NCBI GenBank assembly: GCA_947178025.1
Contig: CAMWWU010000001.1
Coordinates: 1 to 47,518 of the forward strand
Direction of reading: 5' to 3'
DNA: 47,518 bases
Source: an uncultured Alistipes sp.
GTDB taxonomy: Bacteria; Bacteroidota; Bacteroidia; Bacteroidales; Rikenellaceae
Part shown: positions 1-8,337 of the stretch, one piece after another
Numbering within the stretch: the first letter of the stretch is position 1
How the letters are laid out: each line of letters begins with the position of its first letter
Program-made: the position numbers and the translations under genes
Notes under the pieces: model-generated
What the model was told of the DNA's origin: nothing
Database searches by the model: none
What the model saw: the letters and a program-made list of their open reading frames with translations, nothing else

Positions 1-60
1 GAGAGCTGGAGGGCTGGAGGGCGGCTGCGGTGGGTGGCTGCGGTTGTGGTTGGTTGGAGG
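1..60. repeat. G-rich degenerate short tandem repeat (about 8-bp period), truncated by window edge
   Basis: gagagctg gagggctg gagggcgg ctgcggtg ggtggctg cggttgtg gttggttg; strong G/T strand skew. Confidence 0.5.
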
Positions 61-80
61 TCAGAGGTCGGTGATGACGG

Positions 81-660
81 GTCGCAGCCTGCGGAGGATT
101 CGCGAACGGAGTGATGCGGGCCTCCGCGGGGCGAAGGCTGCGGCCCGCCGGCTCCAAAAGAGCCGAAAAAAGAGCGAAGCGACTTGCTGATTGTTGCGGA
201 CGCAGACTACGGGGACTGCATCGACAGATGCGGCCCTCCGCCGCCCCAAGGCTGCGGCCCGCCGGCCCGAGGGGCCAGGAAAGACAGCCGCAACCAATAG
301 ACAAACGGCTCGAAGAGCCACCGAGCATCCCGACTCGATTCCGAGGCGTCGAACGCAGGGCGGACTAAAAGCACGAGCGAAGGGGCCGGTTTGCTTGCAA
401 ACCCGCGAATAGGCGCCCGGAGCCAGCGTTAGGACGCCCGAAGTAGCCGAGGAAGCCGTCGGGAGAGTTTTTGGTACTTTTTGCGGCCAAAAAGTACGAA
501 CAAAAAACGAAGTCTCGGGCAGCAGACTGCGGGGACTGCATCGACAGATGAGCCCGCCTCCCGGCGCAGAGGCCCGCTCTCTCCGTTCGCGGAGCCTTTC
601 GCAGGCTGCAACCCGCAACAACCGACACGCCGCTCGCAGCATCCTCCGCAGATTGCCAGT
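81..660. repeat. Composite intergenic REP/BIME-like mosaic element (modules A, A', B, A'')
   Basis: 29-bp direct repeat GCAGACTRCGGGGACTGCATCGACAGATG at 202-230 and 522-550. Module A (..ATGCGGGCCTCCG..AGGCTGCGGCCCGC-CGGCTCC..GAGCCG) at ~84-170 and ~202-280. Module B at 416-526 contains hairpin GTACTTTTTG-CGGC-CAAAAAGTAC (474-497). Homologous to 4331-4520. Confidence 0.8.
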
Positions 661-734
661 CCGCATTTTTTCAGCTCCTCGGCATAGGCACCCGCCTGCA
701 TCCCGAAAAATTAGGCATTCTCGAAAATTTTCGC

Positions 735-742
735 TATTTTTG
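735..742 (+). promoter_or_regulatory. Bacteroidota sigma-A -7 element for the PqqD/RAPP/TBDR operon
   Basis: TATTTTTG matches TAnnTTTG, 21 nt before ATG 764. Confidence 0.6.
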
Positions 743-763
743 TGCCGATCGATCATTCGAACC

Positions 764-1030
764 ATGAAAATCGGCGAACAATACAAGGTCCGCGAAATGG
801 CGGGCGAACACGTGATCGTCATGCCGGGCCGTTACGGAGCCGACATGACCCGCGTCGTGGCACTCAACGAAACGTCGTGTTTCCTCTGGGAGCAGCTCCG
901 GGGCCGCGACTTCACCACCGAAGAGGCGGCGCAGCTCCTCACGGAGCACTACGAAGTGGATGCCGAAACGGCGCTCCGCGACGCTGCGGCATGGTGTTCG
1001 CAACTCGCTTCGTGCGGCGTACTGGAATAA
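764..1030 (+). CDS. PqqD-family (RiPP recognition element-like) protein, 88 aa
   Basis: MKIGEQYKVREMAGEHVIV...ALNETSCFLWEQL...LTEHYEVDAETALRDAAAWCSQLASCGVLE fits the stand-alone PqqD pattern (LNETxxxLW, EYEVD, LxxxGxL). True start taken as ATG 764 inside ORF 548..1030. Confidence 0.85.
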   Translation: MKIGEQYKVREMAGEHVIVMPGRYGADMTRVVALNETSCFLWEQLRGRDFTTEEAAQLLTEHYEVDAETALRDAAAWCSQLASCGVLE

Positions 1031-1467
1031 TGCGAAGAAAGAGGTTCATATCCATCCTGCTCCTGACCGTCTATCTGCTGGCGGTCGGCGGACCGGCGTG
1101 GGCCTCTCTGTCGTGCGACTGCGTGACGATGCACGCCCGCACGGTCCACACGCACGCCTGCTGCCACCACTGCCACCACCACGTACAGCACGCCCACGAG
1201 GTGCCCGACGTCGACACGTCGCTGAGCGCCCCCTGCTGCGACGACCTCCACTCCACCGAAATCGAACTCTACACGGCATCGACGGACGACGAGCACACAT
1301 GCAAATGCGTCGTCATCGCCCTGCCCCACTGCCTGGCAGCCGCTCGAACGGCGCGCCTCGCAGCCCCGAAATTCCGCAAACAGGCGCTCGCCCCGCCCGT
1401 CGTTCGGGTTGCGGCCGACCCCCTGATCCGCACCGCGGGCCTCCGCGCCCCTCCCGTATCGGCTTAA
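1030..1467 (+). CDS. Secreted/membrane-anchored Cys/His-rich protein with C-terminal RAPP motif (DUF2946/CruR-like putative arrest peptide), 145 aa
   Basis: N-terminal hydrophobic signal MRRKRFISILLLTVYLLAVGG; CDC, HTHACCHHCHHH, PCC and CKC motifs; ends GLRAPPVSA. ATG overlaps the PqqD stop (TAATG). Confidence 0.8.
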   Translation: MRRKRFISILLLTVYLLAVGGPAWASLSCDCVTMHARTVHTHACCHHCHHHVQHAHEVPDVDTSLSAPCCDDLHSTEIELYTASTDDEHTCKCVVIALPHCLAAARTARLAAPKFRKQALAPPVVRVAADPLIRTAGLRAPPVSA

Positions 1468-1528
1468 AATCCAATTGTGACGGAGCACCCTCCGTCCGCA
1501 ACTGCATTTTAACCGACAACGGAAAATC

Positions 1529-3880
1529 ATGAAAATAGCCAATATTCTTATCTCAACGCTCTGCGCACTTGCCGCCACGGCGGCGCATGCGCAGGACCTG
1601 CGCGGTACGGTCCGCGATACGGAGGGTCAGCCGCTCGTCGGCGCTTCGGTCTACTGGGCCGGCACGACGATCGGCACGAGTACCGACGCCGCAGGCAACT
1701 TCCAACTCCACCGCGTCCGCGGCTACGACCGGCTGGTCGCCTCCTATTTAGGATACGTGAACGACACGCTGCGCGTCGACAACGGCACGACAGCCCCTGC
1801 ATTCACGCTCTCCTCCGAAGGCGTGGCACTCGAAAGCGTCACCATCGACGGCAACCTGAGCGGCAACTACGTGCGCCGCGACGGCATCGTCAAGAACGAG
1901 ATGATCTCGTTCGCGGGCCTCTGCAAAATGGCCTGCTGCAACCTGGCCGAGTCGTTCGAGAACTCGGCGTCGGTAACCGTGGGTTACAGCGACGCCATCT
2001 CGGGAGCCCGTCAGATCAAGATGCTCGGTCTGGCCGGCACCTACACGCAGATTCTCGACGAGAACCGCCCCGTCATGCGCGGCCTGAGCGCCCCCTACGG
2101 CCTGAGCTACACGCCGGGCATGTGGCTCAACTCGATCCAGGTGTCGAAAGGCGTCGCCTCGGTGACGGCCGGACACGAGGCGATCACCGGACAGATCAAC
2201 CTCGAACACCGCAAGCCGACCGACGACGAGCGGCTCTTCGTGAACCTCTACCTCGACGACGAGCTGCGTCCCGAGGCCAACATCTCGACCGCGTTCCCCG
2301 TAACGAAGGACAAGAAGCTCACGAGCATCATCCTGCTCCACGGCTCGGCGGACACCGACGTGCGCAAGATGGACCACAACCACGACCACTTCCGCGACCT
2401 GCCGAAAGCCAACCAGATCAACGTGGCGAACAAGTGGCTCTACGCCGCAGACAACGGCATGCAGATCCGCTGGGGCTGGAAGTTCGTGCAGGAGAACCGT
2501 CTCGGCGGCATGCTCGACTACAAGAACACCGCCGCCATGCGCGAAGCGATGGTCGAGGACTGGAACTGGGAGCAGCGCGACATCCCGATGCCGCTCTACG
2601 GCTCGCACATCCGCAACCGCAACGCCAACGGTTATATTAAAATAGGTATGCCCGTCGGACCGTCGGTCTACGATCCCGACGAGAAGGACGAGATGCGCTC
2701 GAACCTCGCATTCGTGGCCGACTTCGACCACTTCGACGAGAGCGCCTACTTCGGGCTCAACGACTACTCGGGCAACGAGAACGCCTTCTCGGCGAATCTG
2801 ATGTACAACCACTACTTCACCTACCGGTCGTCGCTGATCGTCGGGGCGCAGCTCCACCTGCAATCCTTCCGCGAAAACCTGCTCAACCGCACGCCGTGGC
2901 TCACCGAGCTGTCGGAGCACGACTTCCTCTTCGACCGCAACGAACGCGAAGCGGGCCTCTACGCCGAGTACACCTACGCCATCAAGGACAAGCTCTCGAT
3001 CGTGGCGGGTCTGCGCGGCGACTACAATCACTACTACGACCGCTTCTTCCTCACGCCGCGCGGCCATCTGCGCTGGAACATCACCCCGACGACGACGCTG
3101 CGCGCATCGGCCGGTCTGGGCTACCGCTCGACGAACCTCGTCACCGACAATATCGGCATGCTGGCGACCGGACGGGCGATCCGCCTGCTCGGCGACGTAT
3201 CGTTCGCGGACATCGACCGCATGGAGAAGGCCCTGACCGCAGGCGGCAGCCTGACGCAGACCTTCTCGCTGGCCGGCCACGAAAACGCCACGCTGAGTTT
3301 CGACTACTTCCGCACGCAGTTCTACAACTCGGTGGTCGCCGACCAGGAGTACGATCCCACGACGATCATGCTCTACGCCACCGACGGCCGCTCCTACACG
3401 GACACCTACCAGATCGACTTCTCGTGGACGCCCGTCGAGCGGCTCGATATCTTCGCAACGTTCCGCTACACCGACAGCGAAATGACCGTCAAGCGCCCCG
3501 GAGGCGGCATGGCCCGCGTCGAGCGTCCGCTCGTGAGCGAGTACAAGACGCTGCTCAACATCCAGTATGCCACGAAGTTCCGCCGCTGGGTATTCGACGC
3601 CACGGCCCAGCTCAACGGCCCGGCCCGCATCCCGACGCAGACGGGCGACCTGGCCGACGACAGCTACTCGCCGCGCTACCCCATGTTCTTTGCGCAGGTG
3701 ACCCGCAAGGTGGGCAAATTCGACCTCTACGCCGGCTGCGAAAACATCGGCGACTACCGCCAGAAGGATCCGATCCTCAACGCACAAAACCCCTACGACT
3801 ACCGCTTCAACTCGATGAACGTCTGGGGTCCGCTCATGGGCCGCAAGTTCTACATCGGTCTGCGGCTGAACATCTATTAA
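1529..3880 (+). CDS. TonB-dependent outer-membrane receptor (putative heavy-metal/copper transporter)
   Basis: Signal peptide, N-terminal carboxypeptidase-regulatory-like domain (LRGTVRDTEGQPLVGASVY), plug with LCKMACCNLAESFE, beta-barrel ending GRKFYIGLRLNIY. Confidence 0.92.
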   Translation: MKIANILISTLCALAATAAHAQDLRGTVRDTEGQPLVGASVYWAGTTIGTSTDAAGNFQLHRVRGYDRLVASYLGYVNDTLRVDNGTTAPAFTLSSEGVALESVTIDGNLSGNYVRRDGIVKNEMISFAGLCKMACCNLAESFENSASVTVGYSDAISGARQIKMLGLAGTYTQILDENRPVMRGLSAPYGLSYTPGMWLNSIQVSKGVASVTAGHEAITGQINLEHRKPTDDERLFVNLYLDDELRPEANISTAFPVTKDKKLTSIILLHGSADTDVRKMDHNHDHFRDLPKANQINVANKWLYAADNGMQIRWGWKFVQENRLGGMLDYKNTAAMREAMVEDWNWEQRDIPMPLYGSHIRNRNANGYIKIGMPVGPSVYDPDEKDEMRSNLAFVADFDHFDESAYFGLNDYSGNENAFSANLMYNHYFTYRSSLIVGAQLHLQSFRENLLNRTPWLTELSEHDFLFDRNEREAGLYAEYTYAIKDKLSIVAGLRGDYNHYYDRFFLTPRGHLRWNITPTTTLRASAGLGYRSTNLVTDNIGMLATGRAIRLLGDVSFADIDRMEKALTAGGSLTQTFSLAGHENATLSFDYFRTQFYNSVVADQEYDPTTIMLYATDGRSYTDTYQIDFSWTPVERLDIFATFRYTDSEMTVKRPGGGMARVERPLVSEYKTLLNIQYATKFRRWVFDATAQLNGPARIPTQTGDLADDSYSPRYPMFFAQVTRKVGKFDLYAGCENIGDYRQKDPILNAQNPYDYRFNSMNVWGPLMGRKFYIGLRLNIY

Positions 3881-3906
3881 CCGAAACACCAAAAATCATC
3901 GCACAC

Positions 3907-4221
3907 ATGAAAAAACTCGCAATGATCTGCCTGGCCCTCGTGATGGGTGCAGGCATCGCGCTGGCCGAGAAGCCCGTCGCAGACAAGAAGAACACGACCG
4001 CCGTATTCGTCACCGACATCGACTGCGAACACTGCGCCAAGAAGATCATGAACAACGTGCCGTCGCTCGGCAAGGGTATCAAGGACGTCCGGGTGGATCT
4101 TCCGACCAAGGAGGTCACGGTGGTCTACGACGCCACGAAGAACAACGAGGCCAACATCATCCGCGGCTTCGCGTCGATCAAGGTCAAGGCCGAACCCAAG
4201 CCCGTCGCGGAGAAGAAATAA
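3907..4221 (+). CDS. Exported heavy-metal-associated (HMA) domain protein, 104 aa
   Basis: Signal peptide, then IDCEHCAKKI (CxxC) and GIKDVRVDLPTKEVTVVYD typical of the HMA/CopZ fold; ATG at 3907. Confidence 0.9.
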   Translation: MKKLAMICLALVMGAGIALAEKPVADKKNTTAVFVTDIDCEHCAKKIMNNVPSLGKGIKDVRVDLPTKEVTVVYDATKNNEANIIRGFASIKVKAEPKPVAEKK

Positions 4222-4246
4222 TCCGTCGCGAACGACTGCGAAAGAG

Positions 4247-4278
4247 AGGTGCCCGGGAGAAACCCGGGCACCTTTTTT
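4247..4278 (+). terminator. Intrinsic terminator of the TBDR-HMA operon
   Basis: AGGTGCCCGGG-agaaa-CCCGGGCACCT followed by T run. Confidence 0.8.
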
Positions 4279-4330
4279 CAATAGGACGACTTACGATACC
4301 CCTTGCGCCTGCTGGCCGCAGCCTGCGAAG

Positions 4331-4520
4331 CCCGAAGCCAGCGTTAGAACACCCGGAGTAGCCGAGGAATCCGGCGGGAGAGTTGTCGGTACTTTTTGCG
4401 GCCAAAAAGTACGAAGAGAAAAGGATTTCGGGCAGCAGCCTGAGGAGTGCGCGCAAACGCAGTGATGCGAGCCTCCGCCGGGGGAGGCTGCGGCCCGCAC
4501 GGCTCCGATGGAGCCGAAAA
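4331..4520. repeat. Second copy of the intergenic mosaic element (module B then module A)
   Basis: 4331-4415 aligns ungapped to 416-500 with 8 mismatches in 85 nt, including an identical GTACTTTTTGCGGCCAAAAAGTAC hairpin (4389-4412). 4435-4520 resembles 84-170. Confidence 0.85.
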
Positions 4521-4673
4521 TATGCAAAACGAAAGGACAACAGCCTGCGCATATAGTAAACAAGCACGTCGGCAGGGCTCGGCCCGCCCAGCCCGAGGGC
4601 TCGAAAACTCGTTCGGGCTGCGGCCCGAAAAAGAGCGTGCCCGCTTTGCAGGAGCCCCTCCTGCTACCCCGGC

Positions 4674-4712
4674 AAAAGAGACGAGGTGCCCGGAAACCCG
4701 GACACCTCGTTT
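4674..4712 (-). terminator. Intrinsic terminator downstream of yidC
   Basis: ACGAGGTGCCCGG-aaa-CCCGGACACCTCGT hairpin with A/T-rich flanks, just past the yidC stop. Confidence 0.65.
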
Positions 4713-4730
4713 TCTTGCGCACGCTCGGCG

Positions 4731-6674
4731 CTACTTGCGCTTGGCACGCTGCTGCGCCTCCTGCTGCCGCAACAGCTCCTCGTAGCGCAGCTGGAACTTC
4801 GACTTCTTGCCCTTGGACTTCTTGGCCGCATTGGCCTGCATGATCGCCTGAATCTTGTCGTCGTCGACCATGCGGCGGATGACGAGCGTCTGACCGATCG
4901 TGATGAGGTTCGAGAGCAGGTAGTAGTAGCACAGACCGCTCGAATAGTCGTTGAACCAGCAGAGCATCATCAGCGGCATCATGTAGAGCATCATGAACTT
5001 CATGCCCGCCATCTGCGGCTGCGCCGAAGCGGTCTGCTGATAGTTGTAGTACGAATACCCGAAGACCGACACGGCCATCAGCAGGGCGAACAGCGATACG
5101 TGGTCGCCGTAGAACGGCAGAGCGAAGGGCAGGTTCGCGATGCTGTCGTAGGACGACAGGTCCTCGGCCCAGAGGAACGACTGTCCGCGCAGCTCGATCG
5201 AGGCGGGGAAGAAGCGGAACATCGCATAGAGAATCGGCAGCTGGATGAGCATCGGGATGCAGCCGCCCATCGGGTTGATGCCGGCCTTCTTGTAGAGCTC
5301 CATCGTCGCCTGCTGACGCTTCATGGCGTCCTCCTGCTTGGGGTACTTCTTGTTCAGCTCGTCGACCTGCGGCTTGATCAGACGCATCTTGGCCATCGAG
5401 ACGTAACTCTTGTAGGTGAGCGGCGAGATGACCAGCTTGACCAGAATGACCAGAATCAGGATGATGATGCCGAAGCTGGCGATGTAGTTGCGCAGGAAGT
5501 CGAACACGGGGATCACGCACCAGCGGTTGATCCACCCGAAGATGCCCCAGCCCAGCGGCACGAGGCGTTCGAGTGCCAGATCGCCGAACTCCTCGCCGCC
5601 GACCTTGCGCAGGATCGAGTACTTGTTGGGGCCGAAGTAGAACGCGAAGTCATACCCTTCGGTCTGGGCATCGTAGGGCACCGTCATGCGGGCCGCGAAG
5701 TCCTTGACGAATCCCGATCCGGGCTGCTCGGTGCGGAATCCCAGCTTGGCATAGTCGAAATCCTTCGGAGCGATCAGCACCGACGAGAAATACTGCTGCT
5801 TGAAAGCGACCCAGTTGACCTTCGAGGCGATCTCCTTCGATTTCTCCTTATCGCTCATGCCGAGCTCCTCGATCGAGCTCTCGCCCGGAACGCGGTAGGC
5901 CAGCGTCGTGTACATGTTCTCGTTCTTGAAGCCGCGCTCGTTCTGGTAGGAGGTGTTCGACCAGTCGATGGCGATCGAGGTCTGGTTAGCCATCTCGGCC
6001 GCCATGCCGATCAGCCGCACGTCGAAGTCTACCAGGTAGTTGCGCTCGGGAGCTTCGCCCTCATGAATCAGATAGCGGTACTCCAGGGCCGACTGTTCGG
6101 CGACGCGCAGACGCATCGTCACGGCACGTGCCCCGTCGGGGGTCGTCACGACGGGATCGGCCTCGAACGTGTAGTCCATCGTGTTGACGGGCACCGTATT
6201 GAACCCGTTGCGCACGGAGAAGTTGAGCGAGAACTGCGACGTCGCAGGGTCGAAGAGTTCGACGAGTTCGTTGCGCGCATCGCGGGGGCCGTACTTGGTG
6301 TACTCCTTGAGCGTCACGCCGACGATCCGGCCGCCGCGGGTCGAGAAGCGCACCTTCATCACCTCGTTCTCCACGACGAACTCCTCGGCCGCCGCCTCGC
6401 GCGCCTCGGCCAGCCACTCGCCGACCAGCGCCACGCGCTGCTCGCGCAAAGCCGCGGCGACCTCCTCCGAAGAGGCGGCCAGGGCGGGTGCGACACCCGC
6501 GGAATCCGGCGTCGCGGGCAGTTCGGGACGCGCCGCCGCAGCGAGCGAATCCTGATAGGCCTGCCATTCGGCCTTCGCTTTTTCGTATTTCTGTTGCTCC
6601 TTGCCGTTGATGAACGCGAATCCCAGGAAGAGGAGCGCGGCGACGGCAATTCCGATTATCGATTTTTTATCCAT
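4731..6674 (-). CDS. yidC: Membrane protein insertase YidC
   Basis: N-terminal TM, large periplasmic domain, YFGPN, MELYKKAGINPMGGCIPMLIQLPI, FLWAEDLS motifs. Confidence 0.97.
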   Translation of the reverse strand: MDKKSIIGIAVAALLFLGFAFINGKEQQKYEKAKAEWQAYQDSLAAAARPELPATPDSAGVAPALAASSEEVAAALREQRVALVGEWLAEAREAAAEEFVVENEVMKVRFSTRGGRIVGVTLKEYTKYGPRDARNELVELFDPATSQFSLNFSVRNGFNTVPVNTMDYTFEADPVVTTPDGARAVTMRLRVAEQSALEYRYLIHEGEAPERNYLVDFDVRLIGMAAEMANQTSIAIDWSNTSYQNERGFKNENMYTTLAYRVPGESSIEELGMSDKEKSKEIASKVNWVAFKQQYFSSVLIAPKDFDYAKLGFRTEQPGSGFVKDFAARMTVPYDAQTEGYDFAFYFGPNKYSILRKVGGEEFGDLALERLVPLGWGIFGWINRWCVIPVFDFLRNYIASFGIIILILVILVKLVISPLTYKSYVSMAKMRLIKPQVDELNKKYPKQEDAMKRQQATMELYKKAGINPMGGCIPMLIQLPILYAMFRFFPASIELRGQSFLWAEDLSSYDSIANLPFALPFYGDHVSLFALLMAVSVFGYSYYNYQQTASAQPQMAGMKFMMLYMMPLMMLCWFNDYSSGLCYYYLLSNLITIGQTLVIRRMVDDDKIQAIMQANAAKKSKGKKSKFQLRYEELLRQQEAQQRAKRK

Positions 6675-6703
6675 TTATCTCTTTGCGGACACTTTTGCGG
6701 TTA

Positions 6704-8323
6704 TTACTTCTTCTCGGTGTACTCGATGGCGGCCTTCACGAACGCCACGAAGAGCGGCGAGGGATTCTGCACCGTACTCTTGTACTCGGGGTGGTACTGC
6801 GTACCCACGAACCAGCGGTGCGTCGGAATCTCCACGACCTCTACCAGCCCCGTATCGGGGTTGACGCCCACGGGCTGCATGCCGGCGGCCTCGAACTGCG
6901 CGAGGTAGTCGTTGTTGAACTCGTAGCGGTGACGGTGACGCTCCGAAATCTGGAGCTTGCCGTAGGCTTCGGCGACCTTCGAGCCCTTGCGCAGCGAGCA
7001 GGGATAGGCGCCCAGACGCATCGTGCCGCCCTTGGCCGTGACGCTCTTCTGCTCCTCCATCAGGTCGATGACCGGATGGGGCGTCTGCTCCATCTCGCTC
7101 GAATTGGCATCGGCGAATCCCAGCACGTTGCGGGCGAACTCGATCACGGCGCACTGCATGCCGAGGCAGATGCCCAGGAACGGGATGTCGTGCTCGCGGG
7201 CGAAGCGCACGGCCTCGATCTTACCCTCGATGCCGCGGTTGCCGAAGCCCGGGGCGACCAGAATGCCGGCCATGCCGCCCAGCTTCCCGCCGACGCTCTC
7301 CGCGTCGAGCTTCTCCGAATTGACGTAGCGCAGCTTGACCTTGCAGCGGTTGACCGCGCCGGCGTGGATGAACGACTCGCTGATCGACTTGTAGGCGTCG
7401 GGCAGCTCGGTGTATTTGCCCACGAGCGCGATCTCGATCTGCTTCTCGGGGTTCTTGACCCGCTCCACGAAGTCGCTCCAGGCGGCCATGTCGGGCTCCT
7501 TTTCCGACGGAAGGCTCAGTTTGTCGAGCACCACCTCGTCGAGGTGCTGTTCGTGCATGCGCAGGGGCACCTCGTAGATCGTCGGCACGTCGATCGACTC
7601 CATCACGGCGTTGGCGTCGACGTTGCAGAAGAGCGCCACCTTGTTGCGCAGCGACGGCGAGAGCGGATGCTCGGTGCGCAGAACGAGGATGTCGGGTTGC
7701 AGACCGTTTTCGAGCAGCGCCTTGACCGAGTGCTGCGTAGGCTTGGTCTTCAGCTCGCCCGAGGCGGCCATGTAGGGGATCAGCGTGAGGTGTACGAGCG
7801 CCGTATTGCGGTAGCCGAGCTGGTAGCGCAGCTGACGCACCGACTCGATGAAAGGCAGCGACTCGATGTCGCCCACCGTGCCGCCGATCTCGGTGATGAT
7901 GATGTCGAACTCCTTGCGCTGGGCCAGCAGCTGGATGCGACGCTTGATCTCGTCGGTGATGTGCGGGATGACCTGCACGGTCTTGCCCAGATACTCGCCC
8001 TTGCGCTCCTTCTCGATGACGCTCTTGTAGATCTTGCCCGTCGTGACGTTGTTTGCCTTCGACGTGGGTTGGTTCGTGAAGCGCTCGTAGTGGCCCAGGT
8101 CGAGGTCGGTTTCGGCGCCGTCCTCCGTGACGTAGCACTCGCCGTGCTCGTAGGGATTGAGCGTTCCGGGGTCGACGTTGATGTAGGGGTCGAGCTTCTG
8201 AATGGTCACCGAATAGCCGCGGGCCTGCAACAGACGGGCGATCGAGGCCGAGATGATGCCCTTGCCGAGCGACGAGGCGACGCCGCCCGTCACGAATATG
8301 TACTTGGGTTTGGTCAGTTTCAT
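6704..8323 (-). CDS. pyrG: CTP synthase
   Basis: [48 protein letters not shown]; ATG 8323 preferred over GTG 8341. Confidence 0.98.
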   Translation of the reverse strand: MKLTKPKYIFVTGGVASSLGKGIISASIARLLQARGYSVTIQKLDPYINVDPGTLNPYEHGECYVTEDGAETDLDLGHYERFTNQPTSKANNVTTGKIYKSVIEKERKGEYLGKTVQVIPHITDEIKRRIQLLAQRKEFDIIITEIGGTVGDIESLPFIESVRQLRYQLGYRNTALVHLTLIPYMAASGELKTKPTQHSVKALLENGLQPDILVLRTEHPLSPSLRNKVALFCNVDANAVMESIDVPTIYEVPLRMHEQHLDEVVLDKLSLPSEKEPDMAAWSDFVERVKNPEKQIEIALVGKYTELPDAYKSISESFIHAGAVNRCKVKLRYVNSEKLDAESVGGKLGGMAGILVAPGFGNRGIEGKIEAVRFAREHDIPFLGICLGMQCAVIEFARNVLGFADANSSEMEQTPHPVIDLMEEQKSVTAKGGTMRLGAYPCSLRKGSKVAEAYGKLQISERHRHRYEFNNDYLAQFEAAGMQPVGVNPDTGLVEVVEIPTHRWFVGTQYHPEYKSTVQNPSPLFVAFVKAAIEYTEKK

Positions 8324-8337
8324 ATGATTATTTCGTA

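Noticed and set aside
202-550. 29-bp direct repeats as a mini-CRISPR
   Set aside because: Only two copies, 320 nt apart, embedded in the mosaic repeat.
61-822. ORFs 61..822(-), 111..368 and similar, plus 4184..4567(-)
   Set aside because: They translate the repeat element (shared TFWPQKVP/YFLAAKST peptides reflect the DNA repeat); no coding hallmarks.
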